Source of the DNA: an uncultured Candidatus Saccharibacteria bacterium
Lineage (GTDB): Bacteria; Patescibacteriota; Minisyncoccia; UBA6257; XYB1-36-10
Length of the DNA: 64,000 bases
NCBI GenBank assembly: GCA_964362215.1
Contig: CAYIDJ010000001.1
Span: 13,151 to 77,150 of the forward strand
Direction: 5' to 3'
In this document: positions 7,574 through 16,812 of the stretch, in pieces
Position numbering within the stretch: the stretch's first letter is position 1
Layout of the letters: every line of letters begins with the position of its first letter
Notes under the pieces: model-generated
The model's input: only the letters and a program-made list of their open reading frames with translations
Databases searched by the model: none
Told to the model about the DNA's origin: nothing
Made by a program: the position numbers and the translations under genes

Positions 7574-8152
7574 ATGTTTACTTCGTTGTCTATGTTAGCT
7601 GGCGATGAAAATATAATAGTCAAAAAAGCTAGAGCTGGTCACGCTGAAAGTTTCGGCCAGCTTTATGATGAACATCACGAACGCATCTACCGCTTTATCT
7701 ACCTCAAAGTCCGCGGTAAGGAAGAAGCTGAAGACCTCACTCATCAAGTGTTCTTAAGCGCCTGGCAGAATATCAAACAGTATGCCCTTAAAAATCTTCC
7801 TTTCTCCAGCTGGCTTTACCGCATCGCCCGCAACAAAGTTATTGACTACTATCGATTGCGTAAACAAACCGTCAACATCGAAGCCGTCAAAAACGTAATT
7901 CCCGCTGAAACCGACATTCTCGCCAGCGCTGACACCGATATGGAAACCCGGGCAATTCATTCCGCTATCTCCGGCTTAACTCCGGAACAGCAAGATGTTG
8001 TCATTATGCGCTTTGTGGAAGATATGCCCATCAAAGAAGTCGCCCGCTCTATCGGTAAAACTGTCGGCGCCGTCAAACTCATTCAGTTCCGCGCCATCAG
8101 CAAACTAAAAAACATTACCAATAACCATGGAGAAAATAATAGAGAATCTTAA
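7574..8152 (+). CDS. RNA polymerase sigma factor, ECF (sigma-70 group 4) family
   Basis: Region-2 motifs (YRFIYLKVRGKEEAEDLTHQVFLSAW, SSWLYRIARNKVIDYYR) and a region-4 HTH (PIKEVARSIGKTVGAVKLIQFRAISKL). Confidence 0.85.
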   Translation: MFTSLSMLAGDENIIVKKARAGHAESFGQLYDEHHERIYRFIYLKVRGKEEAEDLTHQVFLSAWQNIKQYALKNLPFSSWLYRIARNKVIDYYRLRKQTVNIEAVKNVIPAETDILASADTDMETRAIHSAISGLTPEQQDVVIMRFVEDMPIKEVARSIGKTVGAVKLIQFRAISKLKNITNNHGENNRES

Positions 8153-8603
8153 AAAACTTCGCTCCATTAAACCGGAATCCGGTTTTTCCCGCCGCTCCCG
8201 TCTTTTGTTACTCCAAGAAACTCCCCGCCCCGCCCTAAACGCCCTTATCAACCTGCGCGAAGTATTAAAATTCAGCATCGCCTTATCTTTCACCGCCGCC
8301 CTTCTTATTATCACTCTGGGTAGTTTAACCTACATCAAGAAATCTCCTCTCCCTCTCGTCGTCGCCGGATTAGACGTCGGCGCTCTTCAAGCGGAAGCGG
8401 AAAGTTTAAACATCAACATCTCTCTCTCTGAGCTTGAGTACGACTCCTCCGCGGCCACCGCCCTGCCGGCTGACGATCAAAACCAAAACAGCGACCCCGC
8501 CTACTTTGACCAAAACATCCTCAACGGCGAAACCGCCGTCATTAAACTGGAAAATCCTGTTAACAGCAAAATTGATGATGCTCTTCGCGCGCTCTCTAAA
8601 TAA
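8127..8603 (+). CDS. Putative anti-sigma factor (single-pass membrane protein)
   Basis: Overlaps the sigma gene 3' end by 26 nt. Cytoplasmic N-terminus, one transmembrane helix (ALSFTAALLIITLGSLTYI), extracytoplasmic tail. Assignment rests on position and topology. Confidence 0.5.
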   Translation: MEKIIENLKKLRSIKPESGFSRRSRLLLLQETPRPALNALINLREVLKFSIALSFTAALLIITLGSLTYIKKSPLPLVVAGLDVGALQAEAESLNINISLSELEYDSSAATALPADDQNQNSDPAYFDQNILNGETAVIKLENPVNSKIDDALRALSK

Positions 8604-8615
8604 AAAGTTGGTTTT

Positions 8616-9497
8616 ATGATATTTCCGTCTGCTAAACAAGCGCTCTTATTTTTTATCGGCGGCCTACTCGCCGCCTTTGTTTTTCTGCCTGCCTCTTCCA
8701 CTCAAGCCGCCAACTCCTCCGATCCCTGTGATCTCAACGCCAAATTAGACGTCCTTTCCCAAGCCAAATCGGAACTTGAATTTACCGCCCGCCAAGATCT
8801 GCTCTCCGCCACCATCAACTGTTCCCTGGAGGAAAGCGATGATATTAAAAATAAAATATCCAAACTCAACTCTTTGTCCGATGCCGCCGACCGCCGCGCC
8901 GCCGCCGCCTACGACAATCTTCTGGAAAGCTTCATCGGCTACTACGCCGATCAAAAAACTGAATTTGTTTCCGCCTCCACCAGCCCGGACCAAATCAAAG
9001 ATCTCGCCCAGCAAATTCTTTCCTGGCGCGAATCCCACTACAACCAGCCCATCCGCCAAATTGCCGATTTCACTTTAGCTTTAAAACAGCAGGATGGCGT
9101 CTCTGTTGCCGCCAGCCGCCTCAAAAAAATACGCTCTTCACTGACTTCCCTCCTGTCTATTCGCAATCAGGAAATTAACCGGCTTTTAAGTGACGCCGAT
9201 AAAAACATCTCCCGTTCCCGGGAATTAAATGAACAAGCGCTCTCCGCTCTACGTTCCTCTTTCCTCGCCTCTCCCGCCGCCACCGCCTATACCGCCACTA
9301 CCACTCCCTCTGGCGCCGACTCCTTTTCCATCTCTACTACCACCCCCCTCTACTTCATTTCTATTTTGCCAAATAACACTTCCGCTCAAACTTCCACCCC
9401 CCGCGACCTCATCCGCGACTCGTATGAAAATTTAAAAACCGCCTACGAGAACTTTTTCCAGATTAATAAAGCTGTCAGAAAAATCCTCGGCTTTTGA
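8616..9497 (+). CDS. Secreted hypothetical protein (signal peptide, Ser/Thr-rich C-terminus), third gene of the ECF module
   Basis: N-terminal signal peptide LLFFIGGLLAAFVFLPASSTQA and conserved Cys pairs. The gene directly follows the anti-sigma gene. Confidence 0.5.
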   Translation: MIFPSAKQALLFFIGGLLAAFVFLPASSTQAANSSDPCDLNAKLDVLSQAKSELEFTARQDLLSATINCSLEESDDIKNKISKLNSLSDAADRRAAAAYDNLLESFIGYYADQKTEFVSASTSPDQIKDLAQQILSWRESHYNQPIRQIADFTLALKQQDGVSVAASRLKKIRSSLTSLLSIRNQEINRLLSDADKNISRSRELNEQALSALRSSFLASPAATAYTATTTPSGADSFSISTTTPLYFISILPNNTSAQTSTPRDLIRDSYENLKTAYENFFQINKAVRKILGF

Positions 9498-9519
9498 TAA
9501 AAATCCGTTCCTTTCTGTA

Positions 9520-9556
9520 TTTTTACCGCTCCGACTTAGGTCGGAGTTCTTATTTA
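9520..9556 (+). terminator. Rho-independent terminator (ctccgact-tagg-tcggag plus T-rich tail)
   Basis: Hairpin followed by ttcttatttatattt, 23 nt downstream of the 8616..9497 gene. Confidence 0.55.
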
Positions 9557-9621
9557 TATTTCTCAAACAAAAATGCCGCCCTTCACTTTGGGACAGCATT
9601 TTCGGACAGATGCCAGGCGCC

Positions 9622-9897
9622 TTACTTAACCGCGTCCTTAAGCGCCTTGCCAGCCTTAAACTTCGGCACCGTGCTCGCCGCAATCTGTATCTTTTCGCCC
9701 GTCTTCGGGTTTACCCCAGCGCGCGCCGCCCGCTTCTGGGCCCTAAAAGTGCCGAATCCGGCTATTGCCACCTCGCCGCCTGACGCCAACTCCTTAGTAA
9801 TGGAATCAAACACGGCCTCTACCGCCGCCTTAGACGCCGATCGTGTCTCCAGGCTCGCCGCCTGCATCACCGCGTCAATAAGTTCTTCCTTTTTCAT
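9622..9897 (-). CDS. hup: DNA-binding protein HU
   Basis: MKKEELIDAV...GGEVAIAGFGTFRAQKRAARAGVNPKTGEKIQI is the canonical HU/IHF fold sequence. Confidence 0.9.
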   Translation of the reverse strand: MKKEELIDAVMQAASLETRSASKAAVEAVFDSITKELASGGEVAIAGFGTFRAQKRAARAGVNPKTGEKIQIAASTVPKFKAGKALKDAVK

Positions 9898-10019
9898 AAT
9901 AATGCGTGCAAGTTTTTATTTCTTACATTTCGACCTTTCCCCATTATAAATGCTTGTGTTTAGTATAGCAAACTCGCCTCCCCCGCACAAACACTTGATT
10001 TTCCCCCACTTCAAACAAA

Positions 10020-10583
10020 TCAAACTAACTTATTAGTAACCGCTTTTACCAACTCAGGAAATTCTTTATATTCACTACCAAAATGACCATGATCATTAAA
10101 CTCGTAATACTCCGTACTTAACATCTTATTTATTAACCTCGGAGCATCTATTGAAAAGTATGGATCATCAGTAGAAGCAAACTGTATAATCCATTTCTGA
10201 TTTTTCTTTATAGCTTCCCAATTCCAGGGTTCTTCAAAATAACCACTCTGTTTCTCACGTTCGTCTCCTAAATCGCTATCGTAAGCGGAAACAAGAACAG
10301 ATCCTAATATATTATTATTCTCTGCCCACCTCATAGCCGCTACTGCCCCACTTGAATGCCCGATTAAAATAGTATTTTTATCTACTTTCAATTCCTTCAA
10401 AAAATAAAACCAATATTTCTCCCTTGCTAAAATTGAGTCGGGAAATTCTTGATTGATTGTTTTTATTCCCTTTTTTTCTAATTCCTGTTTCACATAAGGA
10501 AACCATTTATCTTCCGGTTTATCTCCTCCATTACCCGGTACAATAACTGCTTTTATATTCAATGAATTGTTAATCATACTCAA
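10020..10583 (-). CDS. Alpha/beta-fold serine hydrolase (RBBP9/YdeN-like esterase family)
   Basis: GHSSGA nucleophile elbow, VIVPGNGG N-terminus, C-terminal HGHF. The gene is markedly more AT-rich than its neighbours. Confidence 0.65.
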   Translation of the reverse strand: MSMINNSLNIKAVIVPGNGGDKPEDKWFPYVKQELEKKGIKTINQEFPDSILAREKYWFYFLKELKVDKNTILIGHSSGAVAAMRWAENNNILGSVLVSAYDSDLGDEREKQSGYFEEPWNWEAIKKNQKWIIQFASTDDPYFSIDAPRLINKMLSTEYYEFNDHGHFGSEYKEFPELVKAVTNKLV

Positions 10584-10660
10584 TTATTTCTAATTTAGTC
10601 ATTAATTCGTCATTCGAAATTCAAAATTCGTCATTCCAGATAAAAAGCCCCTTGGGCTTT

Positions 10661-12190
10661 TTATCTGGCATATTCCACCGCCCGCATCTCCCTAATCACA
10701 TTCACCTTAATTTCCCCCGGATATCTCAACTCCGACTCTATCTTCTTGGCTACATCACGCGCCAAAGACAACGCTCCAAAATCATCCACCTTCTCCGGCA
10801 CCACAAATACCCGCAACTCCCTCCCCGCCGACAGCGCGTACGCCTTGCTGACTCCCTCAAAAGAAGTGGCTATCGCCTCTAGTTCTCCTAAACGCTTGAT
10901 ATAGTTTTCAATTGACTCCCGCCGCGCTCCCGGCCTGCCTGCTGACAACGCGTCCGCCGCCGCCACCACAAACGCTTCCGGAATGGCGTACGGATACTCA
11001 TCATGATGCGACTCCATCGCCCGTATTACCTTCTCGTCAATGTTGTACTTTTTCAGTATCTTCCGTCCGATCTCCACATGCGTACCCTCCACCTCGTGGT
11101 CTATCGCCTTGCCGATGTCATGCAAAAGCGCCCCCTTCTTCGCCGTCTCCACATCCAGCCCCAGCTCCGCCGCTATCATTTTAGCGATATGCGTCATCTC
11201 TACCGAGTGTGCCAGCACGTTCTGCCCGTAACTCGTCCGGAAGTGCAACCTCCCTAAAATCTGAATAATCTCCGGCGGCAGGTCATAAACCCCCACCTCC
11301 ATTGCCGCCTCCTCTCCCAACTCCTTTATCCTCTTGTTTATCTCCTGCTTCGCTTCCTCCACTTTCTCTTCAATTTTAACCGGCTGAATCCGCCCGTCTT
11401 TGAGTAGTTTATCCAGCGCCAGCCGTGCTATCTCCCGCCGCATCGGGTCAAACGACGACAAAGTCACACTGTCCGGAGCGTCGTCCACAATCAGCTCCAC
11501 TCCCGTCAACCGCTCTATCGCTCGGATATTGCGCCCCTCGCGCCCGATAATCTTTCCCTTCAAATCTTCGTCCGGCAACGTATAAACGCTGGTGGTAATC
11601 TCCGCCACTTTAGAACGGGCGTATCTCTGTACCGCCGCTGTTATAATTTCCAAACTCTTTGTCTCTTCCTCTTCCCGCCTGTTCCTCTCGGCTTTCTGCA
11701 ACACCTGTGCCAGCACTTCTCTCTCTCGCTCCATAATCTCATTCATCAGTTTTTCCTTCGCTTCCTCTTGCGTCATTCCCGCTGTCTTCTCCAGTTCCTT
11801 CTGCGCCTCCGCGTGCATCGTTTCTATCTGCTGCTTAGCCAGCTTCAGCTTCTCTACGTCCTGGTTTATATGCGTCTCGCGCCGCGACAAATCAGCTGTT
11901 GCCGTCTCCATCTGGTCCTCCTTGCGGGCTAATCTTTCTTCCATTTTATCTATCTGGTGTTTACGCTCCCGCTCTTCTCTCTTCACCTCCTCCAATTCCT
12001 TAACCGCCCTCTCCTTAGCTGTTAGTATTATTTCCGCCGCCTGCTTCTGCGCTTCTTCCAGCTTATTCTTCGCCTTTGCTTCCGCGCCGCCCACCTGATA
12101 AGTATTCCAAACTCTGTCTGCTAAAAAAGCGGCTACCGCTCCCGCGGCCGCAATCGCTAAATAAAGATAAAAATCTCCTCCTATATTCAT
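10661..12190 (-). CDS. rny: Ribonuclease Y
   Basis: N-terminal transmembrane helix, coiled-coil, KH domain (GREGRNIRAIERLTGVELIVDD), HD domain (LLHDIGKA...HHDEYPY). Confidence 0.9.
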   Translation of the reverse strand: MNIGGDFYLYLAIAAAGAVAAFLADRVWNTYQVGGAEAKAKNKLEEAQKQAAEIILTAKERAVKELEEVKREERERKHQIDKMEERLARKEDQMETATADLSRRETHINQDVEKLKLAKQQIETMHAEAQKELEKTAGMTQEEAKEKLMNEIMEREREVLAQVLQKAERNRREEEETKSLEIITAAVQRYARSKVAEITTSVYTLPDEDLKGKIIGREGRNIRAIERLTGVELIVDDAPDSVTLSSFDPMRREIARLALDKLLKDGRIQPVKIEEKVEEAKQEINKRIKELGEEAAMEVGVYDLPPEIIQILGRLHFRTSYGQNVLAHSVEMTHIAKMIAAELGLDVETAKKGALLHDIGKAIDHEVEGTHVEIGRKILKKYNIDEKVIRAMESHHDEYPYAIPEAFVVAAADALSAGRPGARRESIENYIKRLGELEAIATSFEGVSKAYALSAGRELRVFVVPEKVDDFGALSLARDVAKKIESELRYPGEIKVNVIREMRAVEYAR

Positions 12191-12488
12191 ATTTTTCTTT
12201 CTCTTTTACTCATGTTTCGCGCCAAAACACGGCAGTTTCCTGTCAAACCTGAAAAGCTGTGAGACCGGCTAAAAACCGCCGGTTATTTCCGTTCCCCGTC
12301 AATAGTGTCTCCGCTGCCCACGTTTCTTATTCTCTTCATTTTGGTGGTGGAAAATTCGCCTTTCAAATTCATTTCAGAAAACCTGACTTGTTGATAAAAT
12401 AAAAATTAATAAACTTTTTCTTACAATATACCTTTCTCTATATGGTACAATAACAATATATCAACTATTACTTTTAATTGTCAACTAC

Positions 12489-14021
12489 ATGTCGCGTACA
12501 GTCGTCTTGGTCGTGCTGGACGGCTGGGGTGTCGGCGATCACAATCGCGGCAATCCCATCTACTCCCAGCGCCCGCAAAGTATTGAATACTGCCGCCGTC
12601 ACTTTCCTGCCGGCGCCCTTCAGGCCTCCGGCATCGCCGTCGGCCTTCCTTGGGAAGAAGCCGGTAGCAGTGAAATCAGCCACTTGGTTATCGGCGCCGG
12701 CCGCACTGTTTACCAGCCGTATCCCCGCATCTCTCTCGCCGTCCGCGACGGCAGTTTTTTCTCTAATCCTACTCTTTTGGCCGCCGCCGACCACGCCACC
12801 GCTTCCGGCGGCTCTCTCCATCTCGTCGGCCTCCTTTCTGAATCCAATTCGGACGCTTCCCGCGAACACTTGGATGCCTTAATCAAGTTTACCTCTGACC
12901 GCTCCCTCCCCTACTGGCTCCACCTTATAACCGATGGCGTGGACAGCTCGCGTTCCGCCACCGACCTTATCAGCACTCTGCCCGACCCCAGCCGCGTTAT
13001 CAGCCTTTTCGGACGCTATTACGCCATGGACGAAGACGACCATTGGGACCGTATCGGTTCCTGTTATCGTGCTCTAACCGACCCCGCCGTCCCTTCCCTG
13101 GAAATCTCCACTCTCTTCACCGCCTCCCGCGCCTCCGGCGGCGACCAGTATATCGCCCCCTCTCCGGTTAACGCCCATCATCCGGTTAAAGACGGCGACG
13201 CTCTTATTTTTTTCAACTTTCGCGAGGACGGCTTACGCGAACTCGTCTCGCCCTTCGCCGACCCTCAATTCTCCGAATTCAAAACTGTCTCTTTCTCCAA
13301 CCTCTTTGTCGCCACTTTCTCCCGTTACAGCCGCGATTTTAAAGCCACCGTTGCTTTTGAAACCGACCTCCCTCAAACTCCGCTCGGGCGCGTCCTCTCC
13401 GCCGCCGGCAAAACCCAGCTCAAAATCGGTGAAACTATAAAATATTCTTCCCTCACTTACTTCTTTAACGGCTTCCGTGAAGCTCCTTATAAAAACGAAT
13501 ATCGGGTGCTTATTCCCTCCACCAGCACCCCCCACCCCGAATCCTCTCCCGCCCTCCGCGCCGCCGACATTACTGCTCGCGCCCTTCAGTCCATCAACGA
13601 ACGCGCCTTTGATTTTATCGTCGTCAACTACGCCAACCCTGACATTATCGGCCGCACCGGCAACCTGACTGCCGCCGAAGACGCCGTCCGCGTGCTCGAC
13701 GGCGAACTTAACAAAATCATCCGCGCCTCTCTTGAATCCGGCGCCACTCTCATTATTATGGGTAGTCACGGCAATATGGAACGCATGGTAAATCCCCTGA
13801 CCGGTGAATCGGAAACTGGAAACACCGCCAATCCCGTTCCCATCTACCTTCTCGGCCGCGAATTCCAAACTGTTAAAAATGACATTCGTCTGTCCGCGGA
13901 AGAACAAACTACCTCCGGTATCATCTCTGATGTCTCGCCTATGATTCTCAAACTTTTTGACATCTCTCTCCCCTCCGACATGACCGACTCCAATCTGCTA
14001 AAATTATTACAAAATCCATAA
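12489..14021 (+). CDS. gpmI: 2,3-bisphosphoglycerate-independent phosphoglycerate mutase (iPGM)
   Basis: VVLVVLDGWGVGDHNRGNPI N-terminus, ~510 aa, alkaline-phosphatase-like core (MGSHGNMERM). Confidence 0.75.
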   Translation: MSRTVVLVVLDGWGVGDHNRGNPIYSQRPQSIEYCRRHFPAGALQASGIAVGLPWEEAGSSEISHLVIGAGRTVYQPYPRISLAVRDGSFFSNPTLLAAADHATASGGSLHLVGLLSESNSDASREHLDALIKFTSDRSLPYWLHLITDGVDSSRSATDLISTLPDPSRVISLFGRYYAMDEDDHWDRIGSCYRALTDPAVPSLEISTLFTASRASGGDQYIAPSPVNAHHPVKDGDALIFFNFREDGLRELVSPFADPQFSEFKTVSFSNLFVATFSRYSRDFKATVAFETDLPQTPLGRVLSAAGKTQLKIGETIKYSSLTYFFNGFREAPYKNEYRVLIPSTSTPHPESSPALRAADITARALQSINERAFDFIVVNYANPDIIGRTGNLTAAEDAVRVLDGELNKIIRASLESGATLIIMGSHGNMERMVNPLTGESETGNTANPVPIYLLGREFQTVKNDIRLSAEEQTTSGIISDVSPMILKLFDISLPSDMTDSNLLKLLQNP

Positions 14022-14117
14022 TTTAAACTTTAATATTTATTATCTTTCTTATAATTTGTAATTTAGAAATTAGGATTTATTTAGAGTTTAGGATTTAGAG
14101 TTTAGAGTTTAATCAAT

Positions 14118-14486
14118 ATGCGCCTTATTTTTCGCTTCATCATCACTGCCGCTAGCAACGCCATCGCCCTTCTTTTACTCTCCGTCTATCTTACCGACGT
14201 CTCCATTTCCCCCGACCCCCTTGCCATTACTATCCTCTCCGTCATACTCGCCGCCGTCAATCTAATCATCCGCCCCTTCCTCCGCCTACTTCTCTCCCCT
14301 CTTATCATCCTAACCGCCGGCGCCGCCAGTTTTGCTCTAAGCGCCGCCCTTCTCTATACTCTTGACTTTGCTTCCAACGCCCTTACAATCAGCTCTATGC
14401 GCGCGCTGCTTATCTCAACCGTTATTATCTGGCTTATTAACTTTATTCTCGCCTCTAGCGCCCGTCTGGCCTATCCCCGTTCCTAA
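14118..14486 (+). CDS. DUF360 / phage-holin-4_2-like four-helix membrane protein
   Basis: 122 aa with four hydrophobic helices. The pattern resembles the YvlD/DUF360 family. Preceded by the TTTAGAGTTTAG motif array. Confidence 0.45.
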   Translation: MRLIFRFIITAASNAIALLLLSVYLTDVSISPDPLAITILSVILAAVNLIIRPFLRLLLSPLIILTAGAASFALSAALLYTLDFASNALTISSMRALLISTVIIWLINFILASSARLAYPRS

Positions 14487-14506
14487 AACACATAATTCTC
14501 ACTATT

Positions 14507-14719
14507 ATGTTCCTCAATATCACCCAAGCCATAATTGCCATTGCCCTGATTGCTCTCATTCTTATTCAGGAGCGCTCCTCCGGCCTTTCCGGCGCCTTTG
14601 GCGGCGGTGAAGCCGGTTTTACCCGCCAGCGCCGCGGTTTGGAAAAAATAATCTTCAACTCCACTTCCGTCCTGCTGGCCGCTTTTATTATTCTCTCCGT
14701 CCTGAACTTCGTCCTCTAA
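14507..14719 (+). CDS. secG: Preprotein translocase subunit SecG
   Basis: Two transmembrane helices with a central LIQERSSGLSGAFGGG motif. Confidence 0.8.
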   Translation: MFLNITQAIIAIALIALILIQERSSGLSGAFGGGEAGFTRQRRGLEKIIFNSTSVLLAAFIILSVLNFVL

Positions 14720-14830
14720 TCCTATTTTTAATTTTTTCCGCTTTGGATTTTAAATTGTCCCGACTTTGTCGAGGATGCTCGATAAAATCGGCATCATTTT
14801 ACACTTTAATATTTAAACTTTAAACTTTTT

Positions 14831-16492
14831 TTGTTCTCTAATCTGATAAACCTCTTTCGTCATCTCTCACACCCTGAACGGCGTTCCGTCTACATTACCG
14901 CTTTCGTCGCTCTCTTAGCCGTCACCGGCCTGGTATTCATCGGTTTTAATAACATAACTCGCGCCGTTCCCGTCCCCGGCGGCACCTGGACAGAAGGCAT
15001 TATCGGCCAGCCGGTTTTTATCAACCCGGTCATCTCCGGCAGCAACGATGCCGACCGCGACCTCATTGCCCTAACCTTCTGCTCTCTCTCTGATATCGCC
15101 GAAAAAATAGAACCCACCCGCGACCTCCAGGTCTGGCAGGTACGCCTCAAGGAAAACGCTCTCTGGCACGATGGTAAGCGTCTGACCAGCGACGATGTTA
15201 TCTTCACTATCGCCCGCATCCAGGACCCGGAGTACAAATCGCCGCAGAGCGCTACCTGGCAGGGAGTTACCGCTTCTCGCATCAGCGAACGCGAACTGTC
15301 TCTTTCTCTGGTCGCTCCCCTCTCTTTCTTCCCTGATAATCTGGAAAAACTTTATCTCATTCCCAAACATATCTTCGCCGATATTCCCTTAGCAAACTGG
15401 CGCCTCTCCGACTACAATCTTCAGCCCGTCGGCTGCGGCCCCTACCAATTTGACTCGTTTAAAAAACGGCCTGACGGCTTTATTACCCAGTTGAGCCTCA
15501 AAGCTAATCCCGACTATGTTGGCAACGCGCCTTTCATCTCTAACTTTGACATCGCTTTTTATACCGACCCCGAACAAGCCATTGAGGACTTTATCTTCGC
15601 TAAAATAGACGGCCTCGGCGGGCTTTCCAAAAAACAGTTGGATCAAATCCGCCGCAGTCACAATCTCTTCGCCCTCCCCACCCCCCGCTACTACTCCGTC
15701 TTTATTAACCAAAACGCCCACCCTGCTCTCAAAGACAAAAATGTACGTCTTGCCTTGGACAGCGCCATTGACCGTAACCTTCTCATCCGCGCCACCCTTG
15801 GCGGCTATGCCGAACCGGTTACCGGTCCCGTCACGCCCAACTTTCTGGAAGAAGTGGATCTGCCCCAGCCAACTGTCTCCCTCGATCCCCTGACTGATGC
15901 CGCTGATATTCTGGAGCAATCCGGCTGGAAACTGAACGAGAGCGGCACTCGCTCCAAAAAAATTAGTAAAAACGACGTTACCCTTGAGTTTGATTTGATT
16001 GTCCCGGAAATTGAGCCTCTCCTAAGCGCCGCCGAGTTTATCAAAAAAACCTGGGGTGAGATCGGCGTCAAAATCAACACCGTTATTCTCTCTCCGGAAA
16101 CAATTAACGGTAACGTTATCCGCGGCCGTAACTTCTCCCTCCTTCTTTTCGGTAATATCATTGGCCGTAGCCCGGACCTTTTCTCTTTCTGGCACTCCTC
16201 TCAAACCGACTACCCCGGCCTTAACCTCGCCCAGTACCAAAACCGCGCCGCCGACAAACTGATCGAATCTATCCGCCGCGGTGAAGACCCAGAGGAAGAA
16301 ACCAGCGACCTCGTCTCTCTTTACACCTTAATCCAACGTGACTTGCCGGCTGTCTTCCTTTATTCTCCGCAATATCTCTATCTTACCTCCTCCGACCTCA
16401 AGGGCTTCTCCGAAGATCTCATTGTCACCCCCGCCGACCGCTTCCGTAGCGTCTCTTCTTGGTATCTCAAAACCGCCCGCCAACTGAAATAA
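14831..16492 (+). CDS. ABC transporter substrate-binding protein, family 5 (peptide/nickel type)
   Basis: 553 aa, N-terminal anchor helix, SBP_bac_5-like conserved segments (WHDGKRLTSDDVIFT, ANPDYVG, KLIESIRRGEDPEE). No permease or ATPase genes adjacent. Confidence 0.65.
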   Translation: MFSNLINLFRHLSHPERRSVYITAFVALLAVTGLVFIGFNNITRAVPVPGGTWTEGIIGQPVFINPVISGSNDADRDLIALTFCSLSDIAEKIEPTRDLQVWQVRLKENALWHDGKRLTSDDVIFTIARIQDPEYKSPQSATWQGVTASRISERELSLSLVAPLSFFPDNLEKLYLIPKHIFADIPLANWRLSDYNLQPVGCGPYQFDSFKKRPDGFITQLSLKANPDYVGNAPFISNFDIAFYTDPEQAIEDFIFAKIDGLGGLSKKQLDQIRRSHNLFALPTPRYYSVFINQNAHPALKDKNVRLALDSAIDRNLLIRATLGGYAEPVTGPVTPNFLEEVDLPQPTVSLDPLTDAADILEQSGWKLNESGTRSKKISKNDVTLEFDLIVPEIEPLLSAAEFIKKTWGEIGVKINTVILSPETINGNVIRGRNFSLLLFGNIIGRSPDLFSFWHSSQTDYPGLNLAQYQNRAADKLIESIRRGEDPEEETSDLVSLYTLIQRDLPAVFLYSPQYLYLTSSDLKGFSEDLIVTPADRFRSVSSWYLKTARQLK

Positions 16493-16595
16493 CTTCCCCT
16501 TTGTCACTTGCCCGAACAACTCCGTTGGGCGGATTCCCGCGGCCTTTAGTCCTCGCGTCAGCGGGGAGGGAATCCATCTCCTCTTCTTCCCTTCT

Positions 16596-16624
16596 GTCAT
16601 CCCAGCGAAAGCTGGGATCCAGTC
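16596..16624. repeat. Family-3 hairpin repeat, copy 2
   Basis: gtcatcccagcgaaagctgggatccagtc. Confidence 0.7.
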
Positions 16625-16726
16625 CCCCCCTCCGTCCTTCCAAGTCCACCCACATCAAACAATAAATCTCCGTCTTCCAGTTATTGTATTTAACTATCGT
16701 ATCTTGTATCTTTTTATTGTCTTTAT

Positions 16727-16812
16727 GGGGATGTGGCGAAATGGCAGACGCGCAGCGTTCAGGGCGCTGTGAGCGCAAGCTCGTGGGAGTTCAAATCTCC
16801 CCATCCCCACCA
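16727..16812 (+). tRNA. tRNA-Leu (anticodon CAG), long variable arm, CCA encoded
   Basis: GGGGATGTGGCGAAATGGCAGACGCGCAGCGTTCAGGGCGCTGTGAGCGCAAGCTCGTGGGAGTTCAAATCTCCCCATCCCCACCA. Confidence 0.9.

Noticed and set aside
10020-10583. AT-rich hydrolase gene as evidence of recent horizontal transfer
   Set aside because: Core genes dnaA and dnaN in this window are equally AT-rich, so compositional heterogeneity alone is not diagnostic here.
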